Positions 59,501-64,000 of a stretch of DNA of 64,000 bases are shown here, piece after piece; the stretch's first letter is position 1, and each line of letters begins with the position of its first letter. Made by a program: the position numbers and the translations under genes. Under the pieces are notes generated by a model. The model saw only the letters and a list, made by a program, of their open reading frames with translations, had not been told where the DNA came from and did no database searches. Where the stretch lies: contig NIVC01000586.1 of NCBI GenBank assembly GCA_002269645.1, forward strand, positions 186,001 to 250,000, in the 5' to 3' direction. This stretch comes from Macrostomum lignano. Its lineage: Eukaryota.

Positions 59501-61823
59501 GCAGAGCAGCTCACAGCGCTTACCTGGCAGTTGGCCATCTGCCTGCACTTGAACAGCATGCAGCAGCCCGACTGGATGGCTGGCAAGCCGTTTTCGACCA
59601 GAACGGAGGTGAGCAGCAGGCGACACGGCTTCAGGCTCAGCTGCTTGTGCAGCATGTGGGCGTAGTAGAACACGTACCGGCGCTGGGAGGGGATCGTCAC
59701 ACCCTGAGGATGGCATTGGGGGTATGAGTCACACCCTGAGGATGGCATTGGGGGCATGAGTCACACCCTGAGGATGGCATTGGGGGCATGAGTCACACCT
59801 TGAGGATGGCATTGGGGGCATGAGTCACACCTTGAGGATGGCATTGGGGGCATGAGTCACACCTTGAGGATGGCATTGGGGGCATGAGTCACACCCTGAG
59901 GATGGCATTGGGGGCATGAGTCACACCCTGAGGATGGCATTAGGGCATGAGTCACACCCTGAAGATGGCATTAGGGCATGAGTCACACCTTGAGGATGGC
60001 ATTGGGGGCATGAGTCACACCCTGAGGATGGCATTGGGGCATGAGTCACACCCTGAGGATTGCATTGGGGGCATGAGTCACACCTTGAGGATGGCATTGG
60101 GGGCATGAGTCACACCTTGAGGATGGCATTGGGGGCATGAGTCACACCTTGAGGATGGCATTGGGGGCATACATGCGCAACAGTCGGCCGAGTCGGCCGA
60201 TCCGGCCGACTGATTTGGCAGCCAACCAAGGAAGTCGCAAAAATGCCCACCCGAAATACCCCCGTAGTAGTACTAAGTAGCTGACGAGGCATTTTTGCCT
60301 GATAAGACAGTCATAGTTACTCCCGCCGTTTACCCAAAGTTGCGTTAATTTTGCTTTAGGGTTTTTTTACATGTAAGTCGCATTTTTAGCCAAAAACTAC
60401 GTCGCATTTTTGTTAAAACTAAGTCGCACGGCCGACCGAATTTTGGACGTTGCACATGTATGATTGGGGGCATGAGTCACACCCTGAAGATGGCATTAGG
60501 GCATGAGTCACACCTTGAGGATGGCATTGGGGGCATGAGTCACTCTAAGTGTTGCATTGGAGCTATTATCACACTCTGACCCACCTTTTTATCGTGGGTC
60601 CGCTTCTCCCCATAGAGCTGCATGACCTCCTCCGCTGTTAAAAACTTCGGTTGCTGGCCGTGCAACCCGTGAAAGCTTTCGAACAGCAGATAGCAGCAGA
60701 CCATGGCTCCCGTGCGGCCCTGGCGTGCCAATGGTGACAGAAATTATTTATAAACTGGGCAGGTTTGCACCAAAAGTTAAAATGTTGCTGCTCTATTCGT
60801 ATAAAATCTAACACTACTGCTGAATCTCATCCTTGAGTTTCAAATCTCACCATTGAATAACAAATCTCACCATTGATATCAAATCTCATCATTTAATATC
60901 AAATCTCACCATTGAATAACAAATCTCACCATTGATATCAAATCTCACCAGTGAATACCAAATCTCACCCTTGAGTTTCAAATCTCACCATTGAATAACA
61001 AATCTCACCATTGAATATCAAATCTCACCATTGAATATCAAGTCTTATCATTTAATATCAAATCTCACCACTAGTATGAAATCTCAGCCTTGAATATCAA
61101 ATTTGAACTGTATGTATCAAATCTGACTGTTGGACACCAAATCTCACCCTTACGAACCAAATCTCACTCTTAAATATCAAATCTGACTCTTAGATATGAA
61201 TTTTCACACTTGTGTATCAAGTCTCTACCTGAGGTTTAGCAATTATCTAAGTGCACCCTACCCCAGTCCCATTTCAACTCGAGTCCCAAAGGCTCACTTT
61301 TCCCGCCTTGCAATGAATCGCAGCCACATAATCCGTGCCCTTCTTCAGCCAATTGTAAACGGATTCGCAGAAGCTGGGAATGATGTGAATAGGCGGCGGA
61401 TTGTGATCCCGCATGGGGAACTGCTCCACCCGGCCTTGAAACTTCGCCGAATCGTAAGTTCGCTCCACGCATCTGGAGGGGCGGAAAGTGGCGGCGAATG
61501 CCTGTACGAGTACACTACTTTGCTGTCTCAATATGTCTGTCTGTGTCTTTCTGTCTGTCTGTCTGTCTGTCTTGGTTTCTGTCTGTCTGTCTGTCTGTCT
61601 GCCTGCCTGCCTGCCTGTGTCTTTCTGTCTGTCTGTCTGTCTGTCTGTCTTGGTGCCTGTCTGTCTGCCTGCCTGCCTGCCTGTGTCTGTCTGTCTGTCT
61701 GTCTGTCTGTCTTGGTTTCTGTCTGTCTGTCTGTCTGTCTGCCTGCCTGCCTGCCTGTGTCTTTCTGTCTGTCTGTCTGTCTGTCTGTCTTGGTGCCTGT
61801 CTGTCTGCCTGCCTGCCTGCCTG

Positions 61824-61872
<49 letters not shown>

Positions 61873-61933
61873 TTGTATCTGTCTGTCTGTCTGTCTGTCT
61901 GTCTGTATGTCTGTCTGTCTGTCTATCTGTGTA

Positions 61934-61965
<32 letters not shown>

Positions 61966-62391
61966 CTGTCTGTCTGTCTGTTTGTCTGTCTGCTGTCTGT
62001 CTGTCTGTCTGTCTGTCTGCCTGTCTGTCTGTCTTATTGTCTGTCTGTCCGTCTGTACAACAGCCCCTAGTTACGGGAGTAACTCACAGATTATATACGC
62101 AGTACTTCTTGGCGTGCCTCTCCTCCAGAAGTCTGAAGTGCAGAAACCAGTGCAGATAAATTAAACATTTATACAGGTGGTCTAAATTCAGGGCACTGAT
62201 TGCACAAGTTTCGAATTGGTAACGGACCTGACAACTTCATCAATATTGTTCCGAAATAGCCGCTCCAGAGTGTCGGCGGGGACGCCCATCGCGATGATTT
62301 GCGGAGTGATGTAGGACAGGTCCAAGTTGAAGTCGTCCTCTGTGAACCGCTTCTTCTTCTTAGAAACCATCTGGCGCAGAGCTCTGGCCAT
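56509..62391 (-). CDS. PTEN: Phosphatidylinositol 3,4,5-trisphosphate 3-phosphatase PTEN
   Basis: Exons 62228-62391, 62088-62132, 61298-61472, 60585-60719, 59524-59703, 58622-58957, 56509-56895, all phase-consistent. Intact HCKAGKGRTG P-loop, DLDL-like [17 protein letters not shown], and C2 motifs PVCGDFK and FHCWLNTFF. Confidence 0.95.
56925..58575. repeat. 19/21-bp minisatellite in the last PTEN intron
   Basis: gattagatgattagcac(ac)act. Confidence 0.96.
59045..59465. repeat. 21-bp minisatellite in a PTEN intron
   Basis: gatgcaggtcagacagacact. Confidence 0.96.
59705..60545. repeat. 32-bp minisatellite built from the PTEN 3' splice junction
   Basis: On the minus strand the unit reads atgcccccaatgccatcctcag|ggtgtgactc, matching the real acceptor cctcag|GGTGTGACG at 59703. 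Confidence 0.93.
60168..60462. mobile_element. MITE with CATACATG(C/T)GCAAC TIRs and 8-bp TSD, inserted in the PTEN intronic minisatellite
   Basis: TIRs at both ends; TSD ATTGGGGG at 60160-60167 and 60463-60470. Confidence 0.85.
60820..61190. repeat. Degenerate ~20-21-bp repeat in a PTEN intron
   Basis: aaatctcaccattgaatatc units. Confidence 0.85.
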
Positions 62392-64000
62392 GGCGAGCCC
62401 TCAGGTTGGAGAACAGTCTGGTTCGCAGCCTTGCTACTGGACTCGCCAATGCAAGGGCTGGCAGGAGTCAAGGTGGGAACGCTGTACATGTACTGTTGCT
62501 ATGCGAACAGACAAAATTATATACTATTTTATATATTTAGTACAATAAGCAAACAAACTTAATATGCTTATAGTTTCCACCTTGATTGAGTTATAAATAT
62601 ACTTGTGGTTTATTTCTCTCTGAACTATTCAATTGATAATACCAAGTTGTTGCAGTGCTAATAGTTTTTATCTTACTATTAAGCCACCAAAGCTGTAACA
62701 AATGTGTTCATTCTGCCTTCTAAAATAATCCTCCAATTATCACCAAGCTAAAATACAAATAGGGTCTCAATTTATACATTTACTTCTACAAATAAACTAT
62801 AAAATGTATCTTAATACATTTCTAGTAGTAGTTCTAATATATTCTAGTATGAGCCATCTTATTAGTACATATAGAATTTATAATCTTGCTTGGGCATTAT
62901 TGAAATTATTATCTCATGGCATTATTCTTAATAATTATATTTCTTTGTATGGACTTTGTTGAACTCTCTCTCTCTTTCTATGTGTGTGTGTGTAAATCTC
63001 TTCAAATTATTCTAGAATTCTCTTACTCAGAATAAACTATACTATAGGCCTAACTATAAATAACTTGTTTCAACCCCAAGGTTAACTAGGCCCTAGGCAA
63101 GTTTGCAATTTGAACTAGCAAATGACTGAAGAGTTTAAAACCCAAGGGCCTACTTAAGGTTTTATCAAAGTTAAGTTAATTAATCAAAATATGCTCTTGT
63201 TTATAGCCATTTCCCTAATTTATTTATAACAAAAAATAATTCATTGATATATTTGGCATATAAAAACAAAAACTATAGTCTAGTGTCTGTTTTGCACAAT
63301 TTCAAGAATTCAACTTGATTAAAATGAAATTCTATAATTGATTACCATTGCATCATAACATTAGGACTTTTATATTCAAACAAAAATAAGTCAATAAATA
63401 AAGTGTAAGCCTAAGTTGGCCATACACCAAGATGGCCACAATATTGAATCTCTATTATATCTATTCTCTTTCTACTATTAATTAGCAATATAACGGCTAT
63501 TGTTATATTAATTAATTGTTTAATCAATCATATTAATAAATACTAATGCAATTTTATTTATTAGAGGCAGGGGGTTGTGTGCACCCTAGTGCACTTTAGG
63601 CAACATAGGCACACAACCAGCGAGAGGCATTACTGCCCATTCCGCCGACTCCCCTGAGCAGGCATACAAGCGCGCAGATATGTACGCAGGCACACACTCA
63701 CACAGGAGTGTACAGCGGCCCTAACTTTATCAATTGTTAGGCATGTACACTTCACTGTGCCTTGGGGGGGGGGTTTTAATTGCACGAGCAGAGCCAAGCC
63801 GAGATTCCAATTCAGCCCCAAATTAATGTGACTGCACTTGGAATCGAGCCTGGGTTGCTGGCACACCAGAGCAGCTGTGCTACTGCTGGGCTACGGCCCC
63901 CCCCCCTATACTGATGCAATAATTAGAAATTAACTAGCAATCTTCGCCCCCCGTTGGGGGACATCTGGATAGAATCTCTGTTCTCTACAAGTAACAAAAA

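Overview
Eukaryotic (metazoan) genomic DNA, not prokaryotic. It has GC-rich exons with GT-AG introns, most of which hold a different minisatellite or an (ACAG)n microsatellite. The style resembles a Macrostomum-like flatworm, but that is inference only. Spliced genes I could rebuild by hand: HEATR1/UTP10 (minus, runs off the left edge), an RNF139/RNF145 (TRC8-family) RING-H2 ligase (minus), two tandem paralogous C14orf93/DUF4616-like genes (A: 28858-35603, B: 37336-43373, plus), a type II membrane protein with a Thr-rich stalk, a small secreted single-WSC protein, and PTEN (minus). An AT-rich block (~14.9-28.7 kb) holds MITEs and decayed Tc1 and Harbinger remnants. An internally deleted Ty3/gypsy element sits at 48791-50716. 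Main discovery: each C14orf93-like paralog carries a tandem array of phase 1-to-0 cassette exons that must be mutually exclusive to keep frame (6 in gene A, seven exactly 77-nt exons in gene B). Each cassette encodes a different basic helix. In gene B one intronic docking sequence (GTCTGGAAACGTCGCAAG) is complementary to a selector motif upstream of every cassette. This is a Dscam-like RNA-pairing splicing system, apparently diversifying the recognition helix of a putative DNA-binding protein. All exon boundaries were read by eye and need RNA-seq confirmation.
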